From the NCBI GenBank assembly GCA_951406725.2, contig OX597814.1:166036001-166100000 (forward strand): a stretch of DNA of 64,000 nucleotides, given 5' to 3'. The notes under the pieces were generated by a model. It worked only from the letters and a program-made list of their open reading frames with translations, was not told the DNA's origin and did not search any database. The position numbers and the translations under genes were made by a program. The stretch is from Octopus vulgaris (Eukaryota). Of this stretch, positions 12,901-28,438 are shown in pieces. The number at the start of each line of letters is the position of its first letter. Position 1 is the first letter of the stretch.

Positions 12901-15900
12901 CTGCCGGAGCCTCATGGAGCTTTTAGGTGTTTTCGCTCAATAAACACACACAACGCCTGGTCTGGGAATCAAAACCGCGAGTCTGCTGCCCTAACCACTG
13001 GGTCTCCACATATTTAGTTTTATTAGTCTATATTTTCAATGGGCTTAATTTTACCTGTAACTCCTTCTCAAGAGCAGTAAAAGAAATATTAATAATATAT
13101 CGGGTTGTTTTAAGTGACTATACTCATATAACCACACACACAATACACACACAAGTATAAAGAAAGAAAACCCATAATTTAAGTAAATATTTACCAAGCT
13201 AAATTCCTTAAAGATTTTGGAACAGCTGCTCCATAAATTGCCAAATCTCCATACAGGTAAACTATTATGCAGATGTAGAAAAATAGCACACCAACTGAAA
13301 TATAAAAAGAATTGAAAAGTTCCACAAATAAACAGAAAAAGTAATTAAAAATTGGTCGTCATATGAGATTTGCTGTGCTTAAGAAAACCCCGCCACTTTT
13401 ATTGCAGCTGCATCTCCCTCCCTCCACTCTCCCTCATGTACCTACCAGCATACAATATATCCCTGTCCAATACTTTCCCCACAAAATATCCTCCTAATAC
13501 CACCTCCCTCTACAAGTCCCCAATTATTACATCTCCCCCAGTTCCCCCCTTTGTTTTGAAATCTTGTGAACTCACCCACCCACACACCCTCTCCAATCCC
13601 CAGTCCACTTCACTATATACAGCTTCCTGTAACTTGGATGTATGGTCCCTGCACTCTCCCCTCACAGCCTCACCATCTTTCCTCTCTATCTCTCTATCTG
13701 AGTTAGTCATGTTTCTCTTCTAATGCAAGATACCTTTTCTGAACCTCAATTCAATTCCCTGAACTTGAGGGATTTTGCCCTGCAAGTTATTGGGTGACCT
13801 CACTGCACCCAGTACTCTTTGTAAAGTAGTTGGCATTATGAAGGGCATCCAGCCATAGAAACCAACCCAAAACAGATAGTAGAGTTTGATACAATCATCT
13901 GACTTGTCGGTTCCTGACAAATTATTCTACCTATGCCAGCATGGAAAACAGATGTTAAATGATATGTGATGTGAAAACAACTTAGAGAATCAAGATCTTT
14001 TTGCAGTTTGAAATTATCAATACTTGAGATTACCCTAAAGATACTTGGGCTGTTAATAAACAAAATATGGTTGGAGCAAAGGTATTAAATTTTGTGACAC
14101 TAATGCACTTTAGGTCACCCAGAAGATTGACTTTGATGGATCTTTCACTATTGTATTTTTGCAGTTATCTTATCAGTTTCTTACACATCCTATTGGATTT
14201 TAATTAGTGCCAACTCTGGCACAACAGATACTGTCAAAATTATTGTGATGTATGACACATATCTCCAGATCTATGTCCAGTTAAGTATTCTGGGAAAAGA
14301 TCATGAGAATGTGTGTTGTTCTGTGGTTTGGCCAGAAGCTGAATTGCCTTCTAAACTTTTAGAAAACTTAGCAATTGCTTATCAATTGCTGGTTCAATTA
14401 ATTTGCTGTTGACAATGATAAGTAATGATATAAGGCAATATTTTGATGGATCGATTTTGGATTCCTACATATGTATAAGTATCACAGAGGCAGTACTATA
14501 AATCACAAGTAAAGTGAAGGTGAAATTAGATAGTGTTGGAGAACTCTCTTGTTCTATATATCATTCTTTTAATACTTTGGAATCTGACTAGATCCAGTAG
14601 TCAGGTTAAAGTTCCTTTATTGTCTTAATTATATTTATTTTAATGTTTTTAAGCCAACACTTGTATAGGCACTATCTCAGAAAATTGTCTGATGTCAGCA
14701 TTTGTTATGTATTACTTTTCTGCAATAAGATATTGACATTACCTTTTACCAATGAACATACAGTTGTCCAGCTATTCAACCATTATCTCTTACCTCAATA
14801 AAGTAACATTTGTTTGAAATAGTGGTTTCAAATTTTGGCACAAGGCCAGTAAGTTTGTGGGAGTGGGAAATACAATTACATCAACCCCAGTGCTCAATTT
14901 GTACTTGACCCTGAAAGGATGAAAGGTAAAGTCAACCTTGGCAGAATATGACAGACAAAAAGAAGCAGTTTGCTCAGCATGCTCATGGTTCTGTCACTTG
15001 TCTGTCTTATTTGTTTGAAATATCAAAGACAGTTATTACACAAAGCACAAGGATACATACAACCAGTGCTCAACCTTGATTTCAATTGTGTTAAATAAAT
15101 TAAAAGCACATTTCCTCTAGCCTATTGCTTATGACTTTTCCAAAACTCTTTAAAAAACTTTCTTTACAAATATATAAACTGAGACAAATAGAATTAAGTA
15201 CATTTCATTTAGACAAATGAAACTAAGAGCTAATCTATTCATCTGACCAATCTTACATCAGTTTCTTTTAAATTTGCAAACAGACATTTGATTTAAATAT
15301 TAAAATTAAGGAATAAAATAGAAATAATTACCTTTGTTGAAGAACAGTGATGCCATGTGACCCTGTTGAAAGAAAGGTTTGACTATATTATAATAGTTAA
15401 GTGGATTCTGTTGTGTCTGGGGAGAGTCATTTTCTTTTTGTGCCTTATAATGTAACTCATTCACCGGTAAAATTTCCACTTATTTCTTATTTTTATTTTC
15501 CTAAAATTTTCGTTGCGTCTTAACGAAAATTTTAGGAAAATAAAAATAAGAAATAAGTGGAAATTTTACCGGTGAGTGTGTTACATTACAAGGCACAAAA
15601 AGAAACTGACTTTCCCCAGACACAACAGAATATGCTTCAGCACACGAACTCATATAAAGAATCTTGCAAACCAAATCCAAAAACGAAAGTTAAGTGGATT
15701 ATTAGTTAGTAATTCTAATATTCTCTCATACTTTCATTTTAGGGAGAAGATGCAGCCTATTCTTTTATTAAATTAACTGAGATAATTAGGGAAGAATACA
15801 TTGTCTATGGGCATAATAAAGCCAGTGCACACACACAATGCAAGCAAAGGTTACACAAAAGGACAGTATGACCTCTGGAAGATTAGTTAGCAACCATGAC

Positions 15901-18900
15901 TACAATGTACTAAACCTACAAGAATAATAGATGTACCCATGTCCTGCTTGATTGAAACAGCAGTAGTTAGTTTCTGTTCCTTAGTTCTAGATGTGTTTGT
16001 ATGTAGCACTTTTATGATATAGTATCTAGAGCAAGAAATGAGAAGAAAAGAATCAGCTTTTTTTTTCTGTTAGTAACAACAAAAGAAAAAGGAGTTTCTA
16101 TAAGATTGCTTGATTTGCATAAAATATCAACCAATCCTCCCCACATCACTCTTTACAGTCTTAAAAATGTAAAGAACATGTTAGATAATGTAGTCCTCCA
16201 TATCTCTACAAAGAACGGTGAAGGCTGAAATACTTTTGATCATACACCTGTTTGATTTGATCTGAATGGCAACAACAACAATAACAAAAAAAAAGCAGCA
16301 TAGCTAGATCTTAGGGTGACAGGCCTCACAACATATAGGATTGCGAGTGGAGGTGATTGATTGCCCTAATGGCTTCAGAAAAAGAAGATTTGGAAGCCGT
16401 GAAGTTCATACTTTAGATATTTAGGAAACTAAATAATGTTGCACACTGAGCTATACAGGGCTTTCTTCACTACACACATCTAGTCATTCATTCTTTCTCA
16501 CTCATTCATTCATGCCAACACAAAACACAAACAGCTTGTTATTTCAAAATCATTAGAAAAAAAATAGAGCAGAAAATAACGAAGCAAACAAAAACTTAAC
16601 ATACCATTTCGACTCTCTCTGTGATATCATACAGTTTGTTAGCTGAAACAAATAAAATTATATATTATAGAACGCTATTATCTTACATTTATATATTAAA
16701 TGTAATTGTTGAGAACTAATGAATGATTCATAAGAACACTAACTAGAATTGTTTTCTATATCAACTAAATTTAATTTAGAGTTATATTGATAGTTGTGAC
16801 AACAGAATATATTGTAATATAGTTCACTTACATGTGAACCCTACAAAGTTAAGGTGTGTTCAAATAAGCTACATCTTGGATCTAACTTTAAATTATGGTA
16901 CTAACCATGTCACCTAAGTCCACTTAACCTTTCCTCAAGGAGCAATATTGGTGTTAGGTATCAAACTGACTGGATTATAGCAGGTTAATAAGTTATAGAT
17001 TTAAATTCAAATCCTCTCTTTAACATACTATATATTTCCCCTCTCAAGATATTAGGAAATGGCAAGGGTTTCAATTGTAAAATACCACTACTGTTGCAAT
17101 GTCTCCATGAATGAAACTGGCCATCACTTGAAAATATTTGGAAATGTGTATTTTGTGACACTGTCAGCTAGTTTTAGTTGATGGAATTCTGCATCATGCA
17201 TGCTATATAACCACTCCTAACATTTTTTATTTTTTGGGAATTTTCAGAAAATTTTCATAAATTTGTGTTCTACACACAGGAATTCATACAATTATGAAAA
17301 GAAATTTTTTGTATGTGATTTAAAGGCTATTGCTGTTATTTTTAGCACATCTCATGCCCACCTTATACCTTCTTCATTTCTTTGTCACTGTGACATGTTG
17401 ATGCTTTTCAATATCTTTCTTCCCATAAACACATGTAATGGTATATTGCTGGAATTTGAGCAAAAAATTTGTATTGTCCATATTTTAAACTGTGATTTAA
17501 AAGAAAAAAATTTTGAAAAATCAAAAATAAATTTTTTGTTATAGTAGTGTGAATTCCTGTGTGTAGAATACAAATTTGCAAAAACTTTTTGAAAATTACA
17601 AAAAGTAAAAAGGCTTATAAAGGCTATAAGTTATATGGCACACATAAAGCAGAATTCCACCCTTTAATTATTATTAAGTCAAGGCAGATTATTTGAAAAA
17701 TTAACCATTAGAAAAACATTATAAATAGCTATCAAGAAATCTAAAACAAATCTATGATAATTTCTCACCATTGCCATCACTATCATCTTCCTGATCCAAA
17801 AGTGGTTGTTCTTCATTATTTTCATACACAATGGTATCTTTTTTATGTCTCTATAATAGAATATTGAAAAATGCATTAGTAAATGTATGATCATGCAATA
17901 ACCTATTTTGATCATTAGGGTTCTTTTGATCTCTTCATTTTCACGCACTGTATCCATCTACAGACATTAAGATGCAATTGAAATAATTCAACAACAATGA
18001 ATTTTGTCTATAATCAAATATTTAGAGCAGACATTTTCAAAAAGGGTGTGCTGTAAATTTATAAAAAAAAAAAAAAAAGAAAACCACTTAATCCATACTA
18101 ATGTTTAAGCATATTGAAAAATGTGTTTTTCTAAATTTGTTCTACTCAAAAATGATCAATGAAATAAAGAAACATTTTTTTTTGAAATTTTAAAACTAAA
18201 TAACAGGTTTTTTTAAAAACATTTCCACACTAAATACTGTTAATTGTTTTTATTTCATTTCCATTGTGATGTGAAGTTAAAATGAATATATAACTATTAT
18301 ATAACTATAACTATGTCTTAAAAATTGATTATTTGTCCATTGATTACTTAGAAATAAAACCTATATGAGTTCTCAAAATATTTTTAAAAACCATTACATT
18401 AAGAAAGATATGTACAGCTATTGTTATTATGAATGCTCAAAGAAGTATCCTAACTCTTGAAAGAATACTGTTTACTACATTTATGAATCTTCCTGGGCAC
18501 TTGAGAAAATCTATTTATCACTTCCCTGGATCTTTCCACTGCCTCCAGAATGGCAACCCCCACCCACTTTGGGAGCCACTGCTCTGGCAGAGGTGATGGA
18601 GCAATAAACCCTAAGAGTACATGATAAATAGATTCTCTCAAATGCCCAGGAAGATTCATAAATGTAGTAAACAGTATTCTTTCAAGAGTTAGGATACTTC
18701 TTTGAGCATTCATAATAACAATAGCTGTACATATCTTTCTTAATGTAATGTTTTTTAAAAATATTTTGAGAACTCATATAGGTTTTATTTCTAAGTAATC
18801 AATGGACAAATAATCAATTTTTAAGCCATAGTTATAGTTTTTTTAAGGAAATGCATAATTTTTAACCAGTGGTATTGTTATGAGAATATCACAATCCTTA

Positions 18901-21900
18901 ATCCTTTTGATGCCAACCTACCTGAAATTGTCTCTGTTTCTATGATAGAAGCTTTTTAGTTTAAAGCAGTGACCCCCCGCCCCATTTCCCACTCACCACC
19001 ACAAACATATATATCACTTTCTACATCAAATTCAAAATATCTGTATTTTACAAATAAAACTTAACCTAATCAACCCATTATTTTGTTGCTTTTACATCCA
19101 TTGCCCCATTTTGGCCACCCCTTTTCACTCCCACTTTTCCTCAGCACTTTCCTGGATCTTTCCACTGCCTCCAGAAGGGCAATCCCACCCACTTTGGGAG
19201 CCACTTTGGCAGATGTGATGGAGCAATAAACCCTAAGAGCACATGATAAATTCTCTCAAATGCCCAGGAAGATCCATAAATGTAGTAGACAGTTTCTGTT
19301 ACCTAGGTGACCAAATTAGCAGAGGAAGAGGATATTCTGAAAGTATACTAGCTAGAGTAAGAGCAGCGTGGAGAAGTTTTAGGGGGCTATTATCTTTGTA
19401 GGTATCTAAATGTTTCTATCTTGAAGAGTAAGGTAGAATATATGATGCTTGTGTATGAACTGCAAGGTTACATAGTAGTGAGGCTTGGCGTCTGAATGTA
19501 GAGGATTAGCAAAAACTACAAATAAAATGAAATGAGTATGCTCTGCTGAATGTGGACTGACAGTGTGCATGAATGAGGAAGTATAAATAAGTTGATGAAA
19601 AAAAAAGGGTATAAGAGAAATCAAATGTAGTACTGGAGCTATAAAAAAAGCATCCAGTATACTCTGTGAAGTGATTGGCATTACGAAGAGCATCAAGCCA
19701 TAGAAACCACAGATGCCGAAACATGTCATCCAGCTTGTCAGATCCTACTGAACCATCCAACCCATGCCAGCGTGGAAAATGGCCTTAATCACTCTTTTAA
19801 TCAAGTCCTGATTTATTTCATTCCCAAAGGAAACAAAAAATTTGAGTAAAAATGTCACAAAGTTTTTAGAAAAAAACTAAAATATTTAGTGCATTTTTCT
19901 TTGAAAATTGCAATATAAAACCCACAAAATTACTTGATGGAAGTTTGATATAATATATGAAAAAGTGCACTATAATGTGATATTTTGATAGATGAAATTA
20001 AGATAGAATTGTAGTTGTCTAGATGTTTACATAATAAACAAAGATATAAACATAGTAAAATAACAACATAAGTTATCATTGATCCACAGTGTATTCATAA
20101 CAATCAGCTCATATCTTGCTAAAGATGTGTTGTTTTCCAAAGTAAGTCACATAACTCTGCTTGTCTTAGTTTAGAGTCTCTATTATTTAAATAATGAGTT
20201 CTTAATTTTAAAATTGAATCAGCTATAAAAAATACTTATCATCACTTAACATCTGCCTTCCATGCTGCCATGGGTGGGATGGTTTGACAGGAGCTGGCCA
20301 GGCAGAAGTCTGCATCAGACTCTTGCAACTGTTTTGGCAGGATTTTTACAGTTGGATGCCTTCCCTAACACCAACCATTCAGCAGGATGGACTTAGTGCT
20401 TTTTACATGGCACAAGCACAGGCAAGGTCAGTTTTGGCAAGGATTTTACAACTGGATGCCCTTCCAAATACCAACCACTTTACAGCGTGAACTGGGTGCT
20501 TTTAAGTGGCACCTGTACTGACAGGGTCACCAAGTACTCGTAAGACAAAAAAATCTCCTTTGGGAGGGGAGGGGGTATTGGAGGAGGTGAACTTGTGTCA
20601 GATGATGAAAGGTTATAGTGAGACAGATAGACAGAAACAGGTGCACTGCTGCAAAGAAAATATAAGGTTACCCAATCTGAGGGAAGTGCAGGAGAAGGGG
20701 AGTGAGAGTGGGAGACAGCAGGATAGAGATGGTGGCAAAGTGCCAGGCATCTCAAAAGAAATGGGGATCAGAATATAAATGGAATGGTTGAGTAAAGGAA
20801 GAGAGAGATATAGATGGTGGTAAGTGCCAGGATATTGTGAGGAATCATGATTAGAGAGTGTGGAGGGTGTGTGTGAAAACCTGGGTATATATAGAGTCGG
20901 GTGGGTACTGGATAGCAATGATACAGAGAAACAGGGCCATGAGAGCAGGATTGGGAAGTGAGAGGTAGTCATAGTGTATGAAGGAAGAAATGTGAGGAAG
21001 AGATGTAGAGATGTAGATTGGTTTGTTGAGGTAGGGTGTGTGCACTAATGTAGCTAGGTGGCAGGGGCAGTCTGCCCTAGGTTTGCTGTAGGCAATATGT
21101 GTTTTTTATGGGGTCCAGGGGTGGCAAACGGAAGGGCTGTCCCAGGTGGCACACACTCTAGCTATGCTAGTGGGTGTGTGAAAACTTTTCTTGTTACATG
21201 TGGGGGGGAACACACAGGTCAGGGGCTAGCAGATATCAATGATACAGTGAAACAGGGTGTATGGGTGGAACATACAGATCAGGAGCTAGCAGAGAGCAAT
21301 GACACAGTGGGACAGGGCCAAGAGGATTGGGGAGTGGGAGGTAAGCAAAGTGTATGAAGTGGAAATGTGAGTAAGTCAAGAGATGTTGTTTGGTTTGTTG
21401 AGGTAGAGTGTGTAAGAAGTTTTCTTGTTAAGTGTGGGTGAGACACACAGCACTTCTAGAACTCAGTTTCGCTGATGTGGGCAGGTCTTCTCAAGAACCT
21501 CATATCGCCCAGACATCTCGGTCCATTGTCATTTCCTCCATGAGGCCCAACATCCTGAGATCAAATAATGCTAATTATGTTTTCTTATACATAATGAAAC
21601 TACTTGTTTGTTGTGTGATGTATTACAGACATATTAACACACAAGGCCCAAATCAATCTATTTGCTGGTTGATTTGGGCCTTGTATGGGGAAGATGGTAA
21701 AACCTAACATAGGAGGCTAAACAGACAGAAAAAAAAACCCCAAAGATATGGGTCAAGATTGTAATATTGTGTTAGGTACCCAAATACCAGGAAGAGAACT
21801 TATACTCTTATAGTATTGGTAATTGTAGGAGTGAAGAGGAGGGGGTAAATTTTTAAATGAAGAAGTGACCAAATGGTTATGATGTTGGAGAAATATTTAC

Positions 21901-24900
21901 TGAAAATATATAAATATAATCTTTTATTATAGTTACTCTAAATAAGGATGGCGAGTTGGCAAAACCATTAGCATGCTGGGGAACATGCTTAGTGATATTT
22001 CATCTATCTTTATGTTCTGAGTTCAAATTTAGCTGGGGTCAGTTTTGCCTTTCATCCCCTCAGGGCCAATAAAATAAGTACCAATTGAGCACTGGGGTTG
22101 ATGTAATTGACTCACCCACTCTCCCAAACTTGCTGGCCTTGTGCCAAAATTTGAAACTATTACAGTTACTCTACATCTTACGATGATCGACTGTTGATCA
22201 TTTGTATGAGGAAAAATAAATACTATTTATTTATTTAAAAACAAAAAAAAAATTTAAGTCATTAATTTTCCATTTTGTTTAGATTTTGTTTGTCAAGGAA
22301 TAGATTTGAAATTAAACTTTTCTGGGATTCCAAAGGTTAGAAAACATGGCTGTTTCTGGCTGTTATTTGATACATAAAAAAATAAATGACAAAAAAAAAA
22401 AGAAAGAAAAAAAGAATTATCAGTGGAACTGATTATTTTATTTATGAATACTGAATAAAAAAAATGTGGGGTAGACTATGGGGTTAAAGTACAATAAAAA
22501 ACCTGATTGCAAGTTGTATAATGAATATGAAGGTGAAATGAAGGAAATTAGTGGGATAACATAAATGAGGATAAACTGAAAATGTAAAATAACAAGGAGA
22601 ACAACAAAATTGATCACTGTTGAGAACTGATGAATGATTTATAGCAACAATAACTGGAATATTTTGTATATAACACTCTGATCTAAGTTATATTGATAAA
22701 GACAATACAGTAGATTTGTTTCATCCCATCTATGCCTTGATACCCATTCCTTGTGAGTATGCCCCGGCACTTGCTGCCATCCCTCTCCTGCTCTTGCTAT
22801 CTTCTACTCTCTCTCTTTCTTTCCCTTGCTCTTCCCTCTGGCTGAGTAATCAGGTATCTCCTCTACAGCAGCACACCTGTTTCTGCCATCATTCTTGATC
22901 ACTCTCTCTCCCTCCTTTTCTTGCTCTTTCCTCTGGTTAGGTAACCATGTATTTCCTTTACAGCAGTATCCCTCTTTCTTGTTAAGTCTCCCTCTCTCTC
23001 TGGGTGCCTCTTCAGCAGCACACCTGTTTCTGCTCTCGTTCTTGTTAACTCTCACTCTCTTTCTCTCTCTCTGGCTGGGTAACAATGTACCCTTCTACAG
23101 CAAGACATCTGTTTCTGTCTCTCTGTCATACTCTAACTTTTCATCATCTGACACAAGATCACTTCCTCCAATGCCCCCTCCCATCTCAAAGATTCCTCAT
23201 CTTACAAAGTTACTTGGTAACCCCACCAGTGCAGGTGCCACTAAAAAAGCACCCAGTCCACACTGTAAAGTGGTTGGCAATTGGAAGAGCATCCAGCTGT
23301 AAAAACCCTTGCCAAAACTAACCTTGCTTGTGTGAGTGCCATGTAAAAAGCACTCAGCCCACTCTGTGAAGTGGTTGGTGTTAGGAAAGGCATCGAGCCA
23401 TAAAAACCATGCCAAAACAGACACAGAAGTATGGTGCAGGCTCTTGCCTGGCCAGCTCCTGTCAAATTGTCCAATCTATGCCAGTATGGAAGGAGGACAT
23501 CAAACGAGCTCACTGCTTTCCACCACATCCTCTTTACTGTTCCTGTTCATTGACAGTCACATTGGGAAGCAGTCCCCCCATCCTGGAGTAAATAATCCAT
23601 CAATACTACCACCAGTATGCAGGCATGATGACCACGAGGAAAGCAAAAATGTCTTCAGGCTTGCACTGCATACAAGCTCTCTTGACTTTCTCTAGTGTAA
23701 TTAGGTTTTCTGTTCCTTTGCCAAAGAGGAACTCAACAAACTTCAAACTTTGGAGATTATCTAACTCTATTCAACAAGGATGACTCTGTAAGAAGTACCC
23801 CTGTTTATGAAGTCATTACATCTTTTGTCCACTTTGTTTCAGATTCCACTCCGTACAAACATGCTAGAAATTCTCCAAAACTCATTGCCTAATTAAGCCT
23901 GTAAGCTTTGCCACCTAGCATGTATATATAGTCACCAAGTGTAAAAACTTCTCTTGTCACTTCAACTTCACAAGGTAACCAGTCTTGTTCCCAAATAGTT
24001 TTTACTGATAAGCTGAAACTTATTTTCATCAATATTTTCAACATTCCTCCCTTAACATGCATGCCTGCACACACACACATGTAGTTTCTTGATCTAAGAA
24101 AGACAGTTCCGCAATTTCTTGCAGAACAACTTACACAGATGATCTGTTTGTAGTGATCAAATGTTTGTGCTACACACAAGCTCACTTGCTCTATCAAATC
24201 AAAATTACATGTGAAGGTGTACAGTTTGCAACATGTTAGGTATTGAAGTGATCACAAAGCAATATGAGATGATGTGTTTTGCTCAAGAACACAAGGCACT
24301 ACCTGGTCCAGGAATCAAACCCACAATCTTGGAATCATGAATGCAACACTAACCATCAGGTCATGCATCCTAATGTGTATGTGCATATGCATGCATACAT
24401 ACATATAAACATAACCCACCCCTAATCTATAAAAATCCATGGCAGTGTGTTCCAGACACCCTTCCCTGAAGGCAAACTCTCTGATACTCCCAACATCTTA
24501 AAAGTGATCAAGGCAGCTATAAGTTAATATTTTAAAAACTTTGTTTCTCTTTCTCTTACATATCTAGCAGAACTCCAGTATCTGAGCTAACACATCAGTC
24601 TGTCATCTTTGAGAATGATATTGAAAGCATTTTTAAACTTGCAACCATGTCTAGCATGTATTGACAGAAATGTTGTGAGCACCACCTATCTCTAAGATTG
24701 GAAGTTTTTTTCAGATGCTCCATCAGAACTCAGTTATGTTCTCATTCTCTTTCTTCTGTGCATTATTAACCTACATGTAGCTACATCTAACTTAATACAT
24801 TCTCACACAGATGGTACCATCTGACACTCAATGATAATCTTTCATAACCAAACATCAACAACATAGAACCTAGACATCTCACATCATATTGCATTATTCC

Positions 24901-27900
24901 CAGGAACAAAATTATTGAAAACATCCTCCAAAGAGAATACGTAAACCAGATCTCTTTCAACATTATGCCCTCTCTTCTAATGAACAACTCATTACTAAAA
25001 ACCTTCCCAAACTATGTAAATGCCAGGCATCTCAATATCAGGTCTCTCACTTTGATAAAACTGCCTTCTCTGTGAAGTTAGATATTCTGTTTAAAGTTAG
25101 ACAAGCTCTGAATAAATTCTGAACCTATAAAAGGCAGATATACATTGACAACATGTACAAAACAGCTGCAAAACACAAACATTCCAGGTTTCATATAAAA
25201 ATATGCAGCTTATTGGCAAGTTTTCACTCCCAAATGGAATAAGTATACCAATGTGTTATGCACGCTATCCCTGTTCTATACTATAGTCACAACAGTCAAC
25301 TGTGTATTATCCCCATCTGAAACAACCTAATTCAATGATCTTGCTACTTCTTGCAACCTCTACTACCTTATATCCCATATTCTCACATCAAACCTTTATT
25401 CCCACAATTGTGATCTGCATCCATGTTTCCTTACAGGCATGACATCAAAGATCATTTGTATCAGCATCTAGTGGGGCATGAAGAGGTTACAGGTAGTAAC
25501 GCTCTTCCTTGAATTAAACTGTAAAAATTGAGACAAACAATTCATAGGATAAATTCTTCCACAAGAAAAATAAACCAATTTCAGAGTGCTTGTATACTTA
25601 TATATCAATTCAGTTTACAGCACAACAACAATAACAGTATATTAATTCACAGTACATCTATGGATTTTTTAGCCAATACTGTATGTTATGACAAATGTAA
25701 ACAATATACACGATATCTTTCTTGACAGAAAAACAAGGAACCTGTTTTAAACATGTCATGTTTCAATCCTGTGTTGGGATTTCATCAACTGCAAACCTTC
25801 TTTAACTGCACAAGAACCTACTGTTTGTGAACTCATTGATCTCATTAGTTTAAATAAACTGGACACACCACTTTGCATATATGACATTTTCTTAACGGTC
25901 AGTTCCAATAGTGGTCTATTATCAGTGTTTTGTTTCATCGCTACAGTGTATTAAAGAATATATCTATCCATTTTTTTTAGCCATTACTGTATATAACAAT
26001 GAATGTAAACAATATGTCTATAACATAATATTTTTGTCAACAGTAAAACATTGAACAGCTGGGATTTCATAAGCAATGTTGGTTTGTGATTCTCAGTTGC
26101 TAAGGAAATCAGTAATAGAGTACAATGACACAATAAGAATACTAGTCTACTAATTTACTTCCCAGTACAACAATATACCAGTGTACCAATTCCCTTCACA
26201 ATTCATTTAACCCTTTTGTTACCAACCCGGCTGAAACCGACTCTGGCCCTGTAGTACAAATGTCCTGTTTTCAAAAGTTCTGAATTAAAATCTTCCACCA
26301 AAACTTAGTCATAATTTATGTTCCTAACACTAACTTAATGATAACTATGTTATTTTACTAAATTCTTTGCTATATTTAAAATAATTGAAAGAAACACAAA
26401 GCATCTCAAAATAAATACAGCAATGAAAGGGTTAAGGCAGTATGCCAATTCTGTCTCCAGTACAATAAATATACTAGTATACTAAAATACTTAACAATAT
26501 TTTGCCAGCATATTAACACATTGGATGAAAGGTCAATGGTTTGTGTCTCTGACACATGTTCATTTAGCTTTTCATTCTGTCGAAGCACAATTCACTGCTA
26601 AAGAAAGCAAGTGTAGTGCAATATTAGTTTTTTTCAGGTTGAATTATTTCTGGAAAGTGCAAAGTTCTCTTCATTTAACAGCATTGCAAGTAAAGAAAAC
26701 TATGTTAAATTTTATAGTATTGCCATTGCATAAAGTGTATAACAGCTGAGAAGCAGTGATTAATAATTTGTCACTACCACCAAGTTATGTATGAGGCAGA
26801 CACAACTCATCGTATAAGTTTATTGAAGTGTAAATAGTAGATGCTACAGTCTGGTAAACTTTACAGATTGCCGTAAACAGTAACTGCACTATGTCACATG
26901 GGTGATTGAACTTGTTACAGAATTCAACCTTTCTCATAAGAAAAGCTGCCTTTGATAGACTAACATCTCAGCCAAGACAAGATTTCTCCTTCACCTATTT
27001 AATAGCATGGGAACTAGAGATAAACACAAGCCAAGTTTTGTTTAATAACAGTAGGCCAACCCCCAATATGGTCTATGGTCAAAAGCATTCCAGCCATGAC
27101 CATACAGTCTTTTTATTGGACATTATGTATCTAGAATTCCTTTAACTAGTGCCTTTCCATTTTTCTTATGAAAATAGGGTGTGATTTGAGGGAGATTTGG
27201 CAGCTTTTTCTAGCAAATCAAGTAGCTTTCTTGTTGGCTCAAGCACTGGCCTCATAGGCTGGAGAGGGTAATGAAACAGACAGACTTCTACATTGTTAAA
27301 TTAAAATTAAATGAAATGGAACTTTTAAAAATGTGTTTTCTTATACATGTTTGACACATTTTCCTTCTAATTAGGCAGAAACTGTAGTGTTTTGTAAGAG
27401 AGATAACAGTTTATCTATTTGATTGCTACAATGCACTAATGTAAACACAGATAAATGATAAATAATAATGGAATATGATATCTTGTAAAGATGAGAGCAT
27501 CTAGATATATCAAGAAGAAGCAATGGGAAGTAGTTATATCCAAGCCTTTCTTCAAGAAAAGAAGTGACAGAAATGAAATAATCCCAGTTAGGAAGAGAAA
27601 CTTGTTCGTGGCTGCTCAGTAAACCGATAATCTACAGCCATATCCCAAATGAACCAAGCAGTGACATATCATAAGCCCTTTCTAATTAAATAAGATCGGT
27701 AACTATTAAGGAAGATGGGTAGTTTTCCTTATTACATAAATTCTGTTTCAAACAACTGGAGGATTGTTAATTTAATAAGTAAAGCAAGAAAAATATAAAT
27801 GAATCCAGCCGACTGGCAAGCATATTAGGGAGACAAGAAAATCACTTACAATTGGTTTCCAACCAAGAAAAGTATGTCGTCGAGCAAATGTCGTACGGAT

Positions 27901-28403
27901 CTTAAAAATTCAAATGATACACTATTATGCATTCTTAGTGTTAACTATAGATCTATAAGTGACCAATGTGTTTTTGTAAAAAGGTCAAATAGAAAAAGAA
28001 ATTAGAATAAGAAAATAACTAGACAAAGAATTGAAATCAAATGTTAACATTCATTGTTGCTAATGATTTTATTGAACTTATAAAAGCATACCTTGTAAAT
28101 GGTGGGTATGTTTTTAAAGGGCATATCTCATTTGGCTAAAATTAACTTTAGCTAATACTTGCTTCTTTTTGAAATAAGAAAAAAAATCTACATTTCTGGA
28201 TACATAAGTACCCTGAGATATAATAGTAATCCTGTTATTTTTTTAAGAGATGAGGAATTATGCACATTATTTACATTTGATGGATATTTCTCCTCATCTT
28301 GTTTGTTGTTAACACAACGTTTCGGCTGACATACTCTCCAGCCTTCATCAGGTGTCTTGGGGAAATTTCAAACCTGAGTTCTCATTCCCAAGGTATTTTT
28401 TGA

Positions 28404-28438
<35 letters not shown>

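Noticed and set aside
17903-17957. Possible extra TMEM104 exon MDTVRENEEIKRTLMIKI after ctgtag
   Set aside because: It would end in phase 1 before a phase-0 exon, with only a 52-nt intron. The gene already closes in frame without it.
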